DNA of 40,000 bases, from positions 1 to 40,000 of the forward strand of contig NZ_BALM01000004.1 of assembly GCF_000614975.1 (NCBI RefSeq), read 5' to 3'. A model generated the notes under the pieces. The model made no database searches. It saw nothing but the letters and a program-made list of their open reading frames with translations, and was not told the DNA's origin. The translations under genes were made by a program, and so were the position numbers. Positions 1 through 9,183 of the stretch are shown in pieces (the first letter of the stretch is position 1; each line of letters opens with the position of its first letter). Source of the stretch: Shewanella marina JCM 15074 (GTDB lineage: Bacteria > Pseudomonadota > Gammaproteobacteria > Enterobacterales > Shewanellaceae).

Positions 1-38
1 CCGAAGGCACTCGGGTTCGAGTCCCGTCCGCTCTGCCA
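1..38 (+). tRNA. 3' portion of a class II tRNA (long variable arm); tRNA-Ser most likely, tRNA-Sec not excluded
   Basis: The window opens inside a tRNA. It shows a T-arm CGGG-TTCGAGT-CCCG, acceptor 3' strand CCGCTCT, discriminator G, and an encoded CCA ending at 38. The preceding CCGAAGG looks like the end of a long variable arm. G73 plus a long arm fits Ser or Sec. The anticodon lies outside the window. Confidence 0.6.
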
Positions 39-164
39 ATTGTACCAATCTAAATAAATATATGATCAGAATGATGATATCGCTCTATATGTATAGATTA
101 AATGACTCTAGACATATCATTTAAGAACATGCGTCATTATAAATTTCCGAATGATCAGTTTGTT

Positions 165-542
165 TTACAGATTGTATAATCTCTTTTGCTCTGCAGGCTT
201 TATAGCTTTTTATCAACAATGTCCTTAAGTGCCATGTTTTGCAAACTCACATCAGCAAGCATCTTTTTCAGTTTGGCGTTTTCAGCTTCTAATTCACGCA
301 TACGAATTAAATCAGAGGCTTGCATCCCACCATACTTTGACTTCCATTTGTAATATGTATTTTGACCGACATTATGTTTACGGCATAGCTCAGGTACAGT
401 ATGTACGCCAGACTCGCTTTCTTTGAGGATATTGATGATTTGGCTTTCAGTAAAACGGATATTTTTTCATTGTGATTCTCCATTTGTTTTAGTGTAATGG
501 AAAACTCTATTCAATAAATTCTGATTTTATGGGAGGGTTACA
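165..542 (-). mobile_element. Truncated IS3-family insertion sequence remnant (one end plus orfA; orfB almost entirely missing)
   Basis: There is a candidate terminal inverted repeat TGTAACCCTCCC (minus strand, 531-542) and an OrfA-like reading frame at 200-460. Only about 11 codons of the expected orfB frame follow (KPAEQKRLYNL, stop at 165-167). No second IS end is visible before the tRNA. Confidence 0.6.
200..470 (-). pseudogene. IS3-family transposase OrfA (HTH + leucine-zipper part), start codon out of frame
   Basis: Minus-strand translation of 200-460 reads IRFTESQIINILKESESGVHTVPELCRKHNVGQNTYYKWKSKYGGMQASDLIRMRELEAENAKLKKMLADVSLQNMALKDIVDKKL*. This is typical of IS3/IS407-type OrfA. 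The only upstream ATG (468-470, with SD GGAGA) is one base out of frame (ATGAAAAAAT|ATC) and hits a stop after 7 codons. Confidence 0.6.
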
Positions 543-685
543 GTATCATGGTTCGTTTAGATTTCCTTCGAGTAGTGGGGGAAGGCTACAGGGCGTAGCC
601 TTTGAGTATGATGCTGCTATCAGATAGGGTCTGAGCTAGTACACTTATCGATTAAAGTAATTTACTCTTCTATTTTAGTGGTACA

Positions 686-1663
686 TTAAATTTTTAATTT
701 AATACCAAGATTTATAGCATCTGCTGAATAATTATCTTTAAAGATCACTGGTTCTTCTTCGTAGAATGCCCCCTCAACAAAGAAAGATAAGTGTTCATCA
801 TAGTTATAGTTAATACTTGCTATAAATAAGGACTGATCGCAATTATCAGTAGTATCTTGATAAGTCTTAAGTTGATATGACACGCCAATGTCAACAGCAG
901 AGTATTGATACTTGATAGCGCCGACATAAGTATTCTCTGACTTATTAAATGATTCTTTGTTAATTTCTATTAGGCCAGCAAGCGTTAAACCACTGAACTC
1001 ATAATCAGCACCGATAGAGTAGCGTTTGTAGTCATCATCAGCTTCATTAGCTGGGAATTTTTTATCGATCTGAGCGAAACCAACAGCCACATTGAAGTTA
1101 GTAGAGTTGTAAACAAGACGCGCAGTTACTACGTCGCCATTGCTACCGTTATCTTCTTTTGGCGTAACGATAGAGCCCACAAGCTTTAGCTTACCTTGAC
1201 CAACAGCAAGAGACGGAGTTGCATAAGCTAAAATATTTTTGGCGTAAGCAGCCTGTTCCCATAACATTTTATTACCGCTAAAAATTTCAGCGTTGTTTGA
1301 CTGGTGGATATCAACACGCTTATAAACATCACTATAAATACCAGAATAGCCATGACCAGCAACGGCTGCACCAAACTTATTCATAATAATAATTCGTGCG
1401 GTGTTCAGCTCGAAATCATCTAGGCCGCGTTTAGCGAAGTTATCAGAGTATTGTACTTCTGCTTCATAGATAATTTTAAAGTCATCCGTTTTGTACGAAC
1501 CTTTATCGCCGACAGCAACAAATTGTGCTTGCGTTTGGAAGTCTTTGTTATCTTTCCAACTTAATTGACCTTGAGCTTTACCATATACGGTATTATTGAC
1601 AGTAGCAGCCTGAGCACCAATTGAGGCAAGCAGAATAGAAAGCGTTAAATACTTAATTTTCAT
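686..1663 (-). CDS. Outer-membrane porin (general Gram-negative porin / porin_4-like beta-barrel)
   Basis: A signal peptide MKIKYLTLSILLASIGAQA|A is followed by alternating beta-strand-like Y/G/D-rich sequence. I prefer the internal ATG at 1661-1663 over the track start at 1693. It lies directly downstream of assT on the same strand. Confidence 0.7.
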   Translation of the reverse strand: MKIKYLTLSILLASIGAQAATVNNTVYGKAQGQLSWKDNKDFQTQAQFVAVGDKGSYKTDDFKIIYEAEVQYSDNFAKRGLDDFELNTARIIIMNKFGAAVAGHGYSGIYSDVYKRVDIHQSNNAEIFSGNKMLWEQAAYAKNILAYATPSLAVGQGKLKLVGSIVTPKEDNGSNGDVVTARLVYNSTNFNVAVGFAQIDKKFPANEADDDYKRYSIGADYEFSGLTLAGLIEINKESFNKSENTYVGAIKYQYSAVDIGVSYQLKTYQDTTDNCDQSLFIASINYNYDEHLSFFVEGAFYEEEPVIFKDNYSADAINLGIKLKI

Positions 1664-1680
1664 TTTTAATACTCTATAAA

Positions 1681-1713
1681 ATAGAAAAGCCACCCTACTT
1701 TATAAGGTGGCTT
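1681..1713 (-). terminator. Hairpin plus T-rich tail between assT and the porin gene (partial terminator or attenuator)
   Basis: On the minus strand, AAGCCACC-11 nt loop-GGTGGCTT (1687-1713) is followed by TTCTATTTTAT. It sits 14 nt after the assT stop and only about 24 nt before the porin ATG. Confidence 0.45.
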
Positions 1714-1726
1714 AGGCTGTTACTGA

Positions 1727-3487
1727 TTACTTAATTGTTTTGTTCGGGTCGATAATCACTGCGCGGTAGCCTGTACTACGTGGCATAGGCGATGTTACGT
1801 GTAGCTCGACTTTAACGTCATGAGTACCATCTCTAACTTCGTTTAGGATACCAACGGTAAGTTCTTTTGGCTCTGACATTTTAGTATTAGCTGAATACAT
1901 GAACATAGTATCGCGGTCTTTTTCGTAGCTAATATTAGAGGTTACGACTGAATACCACTCGAAGCCTCGTTCTTGGCCATATTGCCAACGCTGTTCAACA
2001 GTCATATCATCTTCGTTGATTAAGAACTCAACACCGCGAGAATATTTGTCTGTTGGGAAAGTCGGCTGATCGTAGAAACGACCATCACCGTTATCGAATG
2101 AAACGATAGAGACTTCATCATCTCCTTCTTCTTTACCTGTTAACCAAGTTGTGTGCTGTGTATATGTAAAGTCAAATTTGCTTGGATCTTCGCATAAACC
2201 TTTTTCAGTACATTGGATTTCATCACCGTTGCTATTCACTGGCTGAAGAACTTTCTTAGCTAGGTCACCTGTCCAGCCCTCTCGTGGTGACAAAATCCAC
2301 TTAACTTCTTTGTCACGACCAATCTTCACGTTGCCTTGGTGGCGTAGAGACAAGATGATAGAGTCATCAGCAGGATCATATTCAACACTGTTTACATGTG
2401 CCCAGTTGCGGCCTGCACCAACACCAGGGATATCACCGTATGGGGCGTCAGGCTCAATCTTTGCCTTTTTACCCATCTTTTCATCATCAATGTTTAGACA
2501 AACTGCGCCAGCATCTAAGGCTACAAGGTGCGAATCACGCATATTATCTAGAATCTTGTTCAAGTCCCAAACTTCAACTAGCTTACCTGTTGGGTCAATT
2601 TCAAGGATTTGATCACGTACAGTGTGAACGCGTAGACCATCTTCACGCAGGTAACTGGTCTTAGCTGCTCGAACAAGATAGTTACCGTTCTCCATCAGTT
2701 GCATATCATGAGAGAAGTCTTGATAGCCGCGTGGCAAGTTCCACTCAAAAACCGTTTCACCCATCATAGTCATGCGGAAGATTTTCATTCCTTGACCAAA
2801 GATGATGTCACCGTTGTCCATCTGGTGAATACCCATCACTATACCGCGTTTTTCTAAGTGTTTAACATCGTGGATATCAGACACATCTAAAGACCAGCGA
2901 GTTTCACCTTGGGTATCTGTGATGAATGTAACTGGGTGACGGTCCCATTCTAGAGCCCCCATACCACCGGTCCAAGTAACTGCTGTAGATCCTTCAACTG
3001 GCATAATGTAGTTGATTAGGTATAGGCGATCTTTGAATTTTTCATCAACCTTGATAGGAGTAACTTTTGGAAAGTTAAGTTTCATACCATTAACCGATGC
3101 ACCACCAGTTCTTGGTTGAGTGTAGATTGAATAATCTTCAATTACATGCTTGCCATTCTTTTTATAAGTAAGAGTTACTTTATTGTCGAAGTCTGCGTAT
3201 AGGCCAAATATTGGTATTCCGTTATGGTCTAGGATAGTTTCACGGCTGACATCATACTTGATATCAACACCATCTTTGTCTTTACCATGAACAACAACTT
3301 TAGCCCAATTAACTTCGTAACCACCTAAGTCAACGATTGCCGTTTGTGGTGATGTGCCATAAGGGTTAACAACTACCGAACCTAATTGACCTTGTGCTGC
3401 AGGGGCAGATATAGCGTTAAATTTAGCCGCCATCGTTGGCGCAGATACTATTAAAGCAAGTGCAAGCGTGATTTTTGTTAGTTTCAT
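1727..3487 (-). CDS. assT: Periplasmic aryl-sulfate sulfotransferase (AssT family)
   Basis: The 586 aa product has a signal peptide (MKLTKITLALALIVSAPTMAA). Its size and beta-propeller-like composition match enterobacterial AssT (about 598 aa). It sits in the canonical association with dedicated DsbA-like and DsbB-like genes. SD GGAGA lies upstream. Confidence 0.85.
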   Translation of the reverse strand: MKLTKITLALALIVSAPTMAAKFNAISAPAAQGQLGSVVVNPYGTSPQTAIVDLGGYEVNWAKVVVHGKDKDGVDIKYDVSRETILDHNGIPIFGLYADFDNKVTLTYKKNGKHVIEDYSIYTQPRTGGASVNGMKLNFPKVTPIKVDEKFKDRLYLINYIMPVEGSTAVTWTGGMGALEWDRHPVTFITDTQGETRWSLDVSDIHDVKHLEKRGIVMGIHQMDNGDIIFGQGMKIFRMTMMGETVFEWNLPRGYQDFSHDMQLMENGNYLVRAAKTSYLREDGLRVHTVRDQILEIDPTGKLVEVWDLNKILDNMRDSHLVALDAGAVCLNIDDEKMGKKAKIEPDAPYGDIPGVGAGRNWAHVNSVEYDPADDSIILSLRHQGNVKIGRDKEVKWILSPREGWTGDLAKKVLQPVNSNGDEIQCTEKGLCEDPSKFDFTYTQHTTWLTGKEEGDDEVSIVSFDNGDGRFYDQPTFPTDKYSRGVEFLINEDDMTVEQRWQYGQERGFEWYSVVTSNISYEKDRDTMFMYSANTKMSEPKELTVGILNEVRDGTHDVKVELHVTSPMPRSTGYRAVIIDPNKTIK

Positions 3488-3511
3488 TACTTGTAAATCT
3501 CCGAGTTATTA

Positions 3512-4126
3512 TTACTTCTTTTTAAACAACTGTACTAACCAAGCTGCCGTTAAAGGCGCAGCTGCTAAACCAAATAGCGAATAGATAATCATGCACCAGT
3601 GAGCCATTCCGCCCCCAAGGAATGTCCAATCATCTTCACCACAACCACCAGTGGGCATGAATTCAAATGGTAGCCACTCATCTAAAGGTAGGTTTAGAGG
3701 GAATCTTGGCTCAGTGGAACAAGCGGCTCCTGCTGCATCACCTGCGGCCGCGAAAAAGTCCATCGAATCATCAACAATCATATGAGCAGCATTGTGAATC
3801 CCCATTAGTTCGTATGACCACATGAAGCCTTGAATCACACCGTACCAAGCTAACAAAAGCCCTAGGCCTTTTAGGATGTGGTTATGTGGGTCAATCAAAA
3901 TGATAAGTCCAGCAATAACAATGCAACACTGACTAAAGCGGATATAAACGCATAATTCACACGGATCCATTGCTAAAAACAGTTGAAAGTAAAAGATTGC
4001 AGAAAGGATGGCGAACAGGGCTCCACCAATCATCACTACCCAAATAGGGCGCTGGCTTTGCATTGTGACTAAGCCATTCATCGGGTCGGACTTAAAGCCC
4101 TTCCAAAAATCTTTAATAGAGATCAT
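3512..4126 (-). CDS. dsbI: DsbB-family disulfide oxidoreductase paralogue (DsbI)
   Basis: This is a 204 aa polytopic membrane protein with the DsbB-like first-loop motif PCELCVYIRF and further periplasmic-loop cysteines. Its start overlaps the dsbL stop (TAATG at 4124-4128). Confidence 0.8.
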   Translation of the reverse strand: MISIKDFWKGFKSDPMNGLVTMQSQRPIWVVMIGGALFAILSAIFYFQLFLAMDPCELCVYIRFSQCCIVIAGLIILIDPHNHILKGLGLLLAWYGVIQGFMWSYELMGIHNAAHMIVDDSMDFFAAAGDAAGAACSTEPRFPLNLPLDEWLPFEFMPTGGCGEDDWTFLGGGMAHWCMIIYSLFGLAAAPLTAAWLVQLFKKK

Positions 4127-4749
4127 TATTTAGCACTCAGTTCAGTGATAAGGTCTTTAAGCATATTCATAGACGTAATAGACTTGGTGTTGATTAGGTA
4201 TTTTCCATTAACAGTAATAGCTGGAACTCCTTGGATATTAGCTACAGCAACCCCCTGGTCCCACTCAGCGATTAATGCTTTAACTTTTGGGTTTTCAGCA
4301 TGCTTATCGAACTCAGAGCGAGTCATATCTAAATCATCTAATACAAAGTTAATGGTCGCATCTGATGATTCGAACTTAACTTTTTTAACGTGATACTGGT
4401 TGTAGTATTCTGCTTTAACTTGTTTGAATACCTGATCTCCTTTGATTTCTTTGGCGATAGCAAGTGCTGTGGATTTCTCTATACCAAAGGGTGGCTTAGG
4501 TGAAATATGGTATTGTTCTATTTTGCTGCCAGCAGGGATAATCTTGTGATTTGGAATCCCAGCTTTTTCATATTTAAAGCAGAAAGGACAGTTAATTGAG
4601 TAGATTTTAGTTACTGTATTAGGAGCATCGAATTGAGCTGATGCGGGGAGCACTTGATACTCAACTCCTTCTGTTGCGGCATAAACTCCAAATGATAAAA
4701 ATATACTTGCTGCGATACATGTTAGTGATTTTTTCATAATATTGATCAT
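4126..4749 (-). CDS. dsbL: DsbA-family periplasmic thiol:disulfide oxidoreductase paralogue (DsbL)
   Basis: It has a signal peptide and a thioredoxin-fold active site CPFC (SINCPFCFKYEK). It is paired with dsbI and assT. The start could instead be the ATG at 4735-4737 (MKKSL...). Confidence 0.8.
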   Translation of the reverse strand: MINIMKKSLTCIAASIFLSFGVYAATEGVEYQVLPASAQFDAPNTVTKIYSINCPFCFKYEKAGIPNHKIIPAGSKIEQYHISPKPPFGIEKSTALAIAKEIKGDQVFKQVKAEYYNQYHVKKVKFESSDATINFVLDDLDMTRSEFDKHAENPKVKALIAEWDQGVAVANIQGVPAITVNGKYLINTKSITSMNMLKDLITELSAK

Positions 4750-5291
4750 CTCTTAAAATATCGGATATAAAGCTAAATGAGTGAGAGCCATATCTGATTC
4801 AATGGTTTAAGTTATTAAGTGAGAGTTGTTGTTGCCGTATCGAATGAACGTTACGGTGCCTGTTTTAGTGATATAGGTTTGATATGCATTTCTAATTCGG
4901 TATTAGTTGATTAGTTCTGCTAATAAAAAATACATCATCAGTAAAGTTTCTTATGTTATTTAGTTTTCATTTAATAAATTAATTAAATACAAGGAGTCTT
5001 GTTGTGATATTGATCACTCAATGGTGTGCCTATAAAATACCGTGTTAATAATTATGATTGGAGTATTGTTTGATTATGTAAAATTTAAAAATTAGTTTTA
5101 CCTGGATATATTTTAAATTTTTTACAAAGTTTGTGTTTCTGTTCAATGTTTTTGTAATTGTAAAGTTTAAGTCTCAAAATATAGTTTGAAATTTAATTTT
5201 TAAAATCTAGCATGTTATATTTGACTTAAAGGTTTATTAAGTGAGTTATCTATGCTTGAATTTGTTTTTTTCTTGCATTTTAGGCGGTGGA

Positions 5292-6260
5292 ATGAAAAAT
5301 TTAAATGAAATGAAATATGGCACTTTGAAGATGTTTAAGGTGTTGTATGAAGAGTTATCAATCCTGAATACGGCAAAACTTCTTCAGGAGTCACCGTCAA
5401 AAGTTAGCTATGAATTGAAACGACTAAGAGAAATATTTAATGATCCTCTATTTATCCGATGTAAGACTGGATTACTAGCTAGTGAGAGAGCGACAGAGAT
5501 TTATAAGAAGTTGCCTGAAACCCTACTTAGTATGGAAAGCCTCTATAATATTACGCCAGACTTCACTCCATCAATATATCAAGGTCAGGTGAGTATTGCA
5601 GTTTTAGAGCCGTTAGCTGTGAGTTTAATACCGATTCTTTACCATAGGCTAGCAATGGAGTGTCCGCATGTTCAGTTGAGTGTAAGTAATTGGAATGAAA
5701 ATACTTTAGAGATGATCCGTAAAGAGAAGATAGATGTTGGGTTAACGGTGCAATCACTTGATTCTGATTATGTAGAAAGTGAATTAGTTTGCGCTTCACA
5801 AAGATGGCTTGCATGTCGAAAGAACCACCCAATTTTAAAAAATGAACAAGAAATATCACTTGCTGATATGTGTAATTATCCTATCATTTTGCAAAGTATT
5901 CCTTGCTGGAATGAATATGGATCTTCTCTAATAGAACTGGCATGTAGAGATAATGGTCTTAGTCCCAACATTACTGCAAAAATAGCTAATCTTCCCGCTA
6001 TAGTTTCGATACTAAAAACGAGCAATAGCCTTTGTTATTCTTCTGCTGCTGGCTTGATTACAGTGAGGGATTCAATTGAGATAATTAAGGCGCCTAGAGA
6101 GTTAGATGCTAATTTAAATTACTATAGTATCTACTCTCGGAGTAGAGGTAATACATTGTTCAATAAATGGCTTCGTGATGTATTGAATAGTGAAGTTATT
6201 AAATTAATGGAAATGTGTAGTGATTATCGGGCTAACAGTATCTTACCAGTAGATATTTAG
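5292..6260 (+). CDS. LysR-family transcriptional regulator
   Basis: It has an N-terminal winged HTH (LKMFKVLYEELSILNTAKLLQESPSKVSYELKRLRE) and a LysR substrate-binding-like C-terminus. It is divergent from the dsbL-dsbI-assT operon. I prefer the ATG at 5292 (MKNLNE...) over the track start at 5241. Confidence 0.8.
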   Translation: MKNLNEMKYGTLKMFKVLYEELSILNTAKLLQESPSKVSYELKRLREIFNDPLFIRCKTGLLASERATEIYKKLPETLLSMESLYNITPDFTPSIYQGQVSIAVLEPLAVSLIPILYHRLAMECPHVQLSVSNWNENTLEMIRKEKIDVGLTVQSLDSDYVESELVCASQRWLACRKNHPILKNEQEISLADMCNYPIILQSIPCWNEYGSSLIELACRDNGLSPNITAKIANLPAIVSILKTSNSLCYSSAAGLITVRDSIEIIKAPRELDANLNYYSIYSRSRGNTLFNKWLRDVLNSEVIKLMEMCSDYRANSILPVDI

Positions 6261-7017
6261 AGCATTATTGGTATCTATTAAAATATACTTCTAAATATAA
6301 TGTTTCTCTTTGTCGGAAGTTATTACATATAGAAAAGTAAAAGCTAACCTTATCCTTTATGTGGCTTTTTGAACGGCCAACTCAAAGCAGTAATAATTAT
6401 TTTGGCTTTACTATTAACAAGAGTATTTAGTGCTACTTTGTTGTCTTATTTTGCCACCTTAGCACCTTAATTCGGTATATATTGGACACATAAAAGGAAA
6501 GTTTAAATTATGAAACTGTTAAAATACCATATTAATGGGATCCCGAGCTAAGAGTTTATTTAAAGTCTTAATTGCTCTATCAATTCACTATAACGTAAGT
6601 CTGGTTAAATTATAAGAACATGGCCAAGATTTATTGACCACTACAAGTAGTGGTGGTTAGCATGATTAAACCTGTAACTTTAAGGTCAATATTCGCTAGA
6701 ATTGCTCATGTTTCAAATTGAGATAGAGCAATAAAACTAATATTAGCAAATACTTAAAAATTGTGATGTATGTATCTCGCTTTGATACAAATCAAGTTGT
6801 TAATTTTCAAGTTACTTTATGATGCGCCAGCATTTACGTGGCTAATATTTAAATGCATTGCGTGGGTTTTCAACGTGATTATCAGTTATATCGATAACAA
6901 TCCATTATTATTGAATGTGGCGACGTTACTCGATGATACTCGAGAATAATTTATCGCTTTCGCTTTATTGGATGGTTCTATTTACGTCCAAATTTTTTGT
7001 GAGCATGAGGATTTGTA

Positions 7018-8877
7018 ATGCTGTCTCCATCTTCTAAGTTAATGCATTATCAAGCTGTTGTTGGGCTTGCTGGTCATGTTGACCATGGGAAAACGGCTTT
7101 GATTGAAGCCTTAACAGGCATGATGACAGCGAGGCCCCATGAGCAAGCGTTGGGGATGACTCAGGATTTAGGTTTTGCCCATTTTCAAGATGAAGATGGT
7201 AATACCATTGGTGTTGTTGATGTGCCTGGGCATGAGCGCTATTTACGGAATATGGTCGCGGGGGTGTGGCACCTTAATGTGTTGTTGTTAGTGATTGCTG
7301 CTGATGAAGGTTGGATGCCCATGACGACTTCACACCTGCATGTTGCCCATGCGATGGGGATTGAAGATATTGTTGTTTGCATCAATAAGCGCGATAAAGT
7401 CAGTGCGGCACAATTAGCTGAGGTAGAAGAGCAAGCATTAGAACAAGTGATGGATATGACAGGATTACTACCTGAAATTGTCACTGTTTCTGCGCTAAAG
7501 AAAGACAATATTGAGGCATTAAAACAGTTATTGATTGATACAGCTAAAATGAATATTGCTCGCCAACAACACCTTATTGCGGTGAATGATGACGTTAATT
7601 CGCCTCATCAAGCGCAAGTGCCATTAATGTATATTGATCGCGTGTTTGTGGTAAATGGGATCGGTACGGTACTCACTGGTACGCTCGCGAAAGGTCAATT
7701 AAGTGTTGGCGATAAGGTTCGTTGTCAACCTGCTAATTTGATCGGTACTGTTCGCAGTTTGCAAGCGTATCATCAACAGTTATCCAGTGTGGCAGCAACT
7801 TGCCGAGTCGCGATTAATGTCAAAGGTATTAGCCGTAAAGATGTTGGCCGCGGTCATCTTATTACTGGTATGAATCAACCTTTGGTGGTGCGTGATCAAT
7901 GTATTGTGCGGTTAACTAAAACTGCTGCGACATTAAAATCGCGAAAACAACGCCAAGTTGAGGTTGCGATGGGGACTTGGCATGGTAGCGCTCGTTTAAG
8001 TTATATTCCGCATACTCAATTAGCCCGTTTGGTTTTTGATAAACCGTTACCGTTATTATTTGGACAGCGTTTGGCGATGATCCAAAAGGGCGGAAGTGGA
8101 TTGCAGCATGGTGCTGAAGTGGTTTGGACGGAGTATATTTTTGGTTATCAAAAACGTCGTCTCTATGAGGTATTAGATCATCTACCAAAGCTGCTTGCGC
8201 CACAATCGCAACGTCAAATGTTATTAGCTTTACAAGGCTATTTTGAAACGGATACCAGTGATTTTTGCGCGGCTAATGAGCAAACGTATATTGCGCCATA
8301 TTGTTTTGATAATAGTTGGCTTACGCAAACAATGGCACAGATTGAAACATTATTAGCGGCTGGGATTTCGATGGCAGTTGCTGAGTTAAGTCATCATTTA
8401 CGGGTTAATGCTGACGTAGTTGAGTTATTGATGCAATGCTTGAAGCAGCAAGATAAAGTACATCTTAGCTATGGCAAGTGGTGCAGTGGTCAAGGCGATA
8501 ATGAAGACGATTTACCTCAGGTTGCATTAGATATTTTGTTGCAGATCCGCCAGTTTGGTAAGGCTGGGCTTGAGCTGAATAAAGTGACCTTGCCTGATGG
8601 CAAAAAATGGCTACGTCAGCTGAGTCATCAAAAATATATTACCGCATTAGATGAAAGTATCTATTTTGATATGGGGGTTTATCAGCAATTGGTGCAGTAT
8701 GTGTTGATGGATCATCAAGTTAATGATCGTATTTCTATGGCTGAAATTAAAGACCGTACTGAATTAAGCCGTAAATACTCAATTCCGCTTGCTAATCGAA
8801 TGGAAAAGGATGGTTGGGTTAAACGTGATGGTGATGAACGTATTATTTTAAGAACTTGGCCTGCTCAATCACATTAA
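7018..8877 (+). CDS. selB: Selenocysteine-specific translation elongation factor SelB
   Basis: The 619 aa product compares with about 614 aa for E. coli SelB. GTPase motifs are present: GHVDHGKT, DVPGHERY, NKRD. A long winged-helix C-terminal extension is typical of SECIS binding. Confidence 0.9.
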   Translation: MLSPSSKLMHYQAVVGLAGHVDHGKTALIEALTGMMTARPHEQALGMTQDLGFAHFQDEDGNTIGVVDVPGHERYLRNMVAGVWHLNVLLLVIAADEGWMPMTTSHLHVAHAMGIEDIVVCINKRDKVSAAQLAEVEEQALEQVMDMTGLLPEIVTVSALKKDNIEALKQLLIDTAKMNIARQQHLIAVNDDVNSPHQAQVPLMYIDRVFVVNGIGTVLTGTLAKGQLSVGDKVRCQPANLIGTVRSLQAYHQQLSSVAATCRVAINVKGISRKDVGRGHLITGMNQPLVVRDQCIVRLTKTAATLKSRKQRQVEVAMGTWHGSARLSYIPHTQLARLVFDKPLPLLFGQRLAMIQKGGSGLQHGAEVVWTEYIFGYQKRRLYEVLDHLPKLLAPQSQRQMLLALQGYFETDTSDFCAANEQTYIAPYCFDNSWLTQTMAQIETLLAAGISMAVAELSHHLRVNADVVELLMQCLKQQDKVHLSYGKWCSGQGDNEDDLPQVALDILLQIRQFGKAGLELNKVTLPDGKKWLRQLSHQKYITALDESIYFDMGVYQQLVQYVLMDHQVNDRISMAEIKDRTELSRKYSIPLANRMEKDGWVKRDGDERIILRTWPAQSH

Positions 8878-8903
8878 TTCAGTCCTGTTTTATCGAGTAA
8901 ATT

Positions 8904-8936
8904 AAGCCTGTTAGTGATGACTAACAGGCTTTTTTA
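8904..8936 (+). terminator. Rho-independent terminator after selB
   Basis: An 11-bp stem AAGCCTGTTAG / CTAACAGGCTT with loop TGATGA is followed by TTTTT. Confidence 0.8.
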
Positions 8937-8953
8937 TGGCATTAATTTGTGGC

Positions 8954-9043
8954 TGTCGAATAGTGTGTCGACGTCACTGTCGAGATCCGCTGTCGAGATC
9001 CGCTGTCGAAAGTTGTGTCGATATATATGTCGATATATGACGA
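8954..9043 (+). promoter_or_regulatory. Phased array of seven TGTCGA units plus one TGACGA; candidate upstream activating sequence for the sigma54 activator FhlA
   Basis: TGTCGA starts at 8954, 8966, 8978, 8991, 9004, 9016 and 9028, giving spacings of 12, 12, 13, 13, 12 and 12. TGACGA follows at 9038. Units 3 and 4 are an exact 13-bp tandem (TGTCGAGATCCGC). The array lies about 95-185 bp upstream of the -24/-12 promoter at 9135-9150. Confidence 0.6.
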
Positions 9044-9134
9044 GTTGCATTTTATAGTTTAATTGAGCTTTATTATTTATCTTGTTTTATTCCATGCTAT
9101 TGAATTTAAAAGGTATATTTTGAGTTGCTAATAT

Positions 9135-9150
9135 TGGCATGTTAATTGCT
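9135..9150 (+). promoter_or_regulatory. Sigma54 (-24/-12) promoter of the hyc operon
   Basis: TTGGCATGTTAATTGCT has GG at 9136-9137 and GC at 9148-9149, with exactly 10 nt between them. This is a near-consensus match to TGGCAC-N5-TTGCW. It is 34 nt upstream of the hycB ATG. Confidence 0.75.
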
Positions 9151-9183
9151 ATGTTCAGGTTTTGCAATTGACCTAGGTAGATA

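Noticed and set aside
229-426. 65-aa plus-strand ORF in the track
   Set aside because: It lies antisense to the clearly recognisable IS3-family OrfA reading frame and has no motif or RBS support. It is probably a shadow ORF.
2310-2664. Two plus-strand ORFs (100 aa and 88 aa) inside assT
   Set aside because: They are antisense to a strongly supported 586-aa gene. Their composition is Ser/Pro/Arg-rich junk typical of shadow frames.
6637-6654. Inverted repeat ACCACTAC-AA-GTAGTGGT upstream of selB
   Set aside because: An 8-bp inverted repeat with a short spacer is expected several times by chance in 40 kb. The 2-nt loop cannot form an RNA hairpin, and no associated promoter is recognised.
8978-9003. 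Exact 13-bp tandem repeat as a CRISPR array or minisatellite
   Set aside because: There are only two copies, no spacers and no cas genes. It is part of the TGTCGA phased array and is better explained as duplicated regulator sites.
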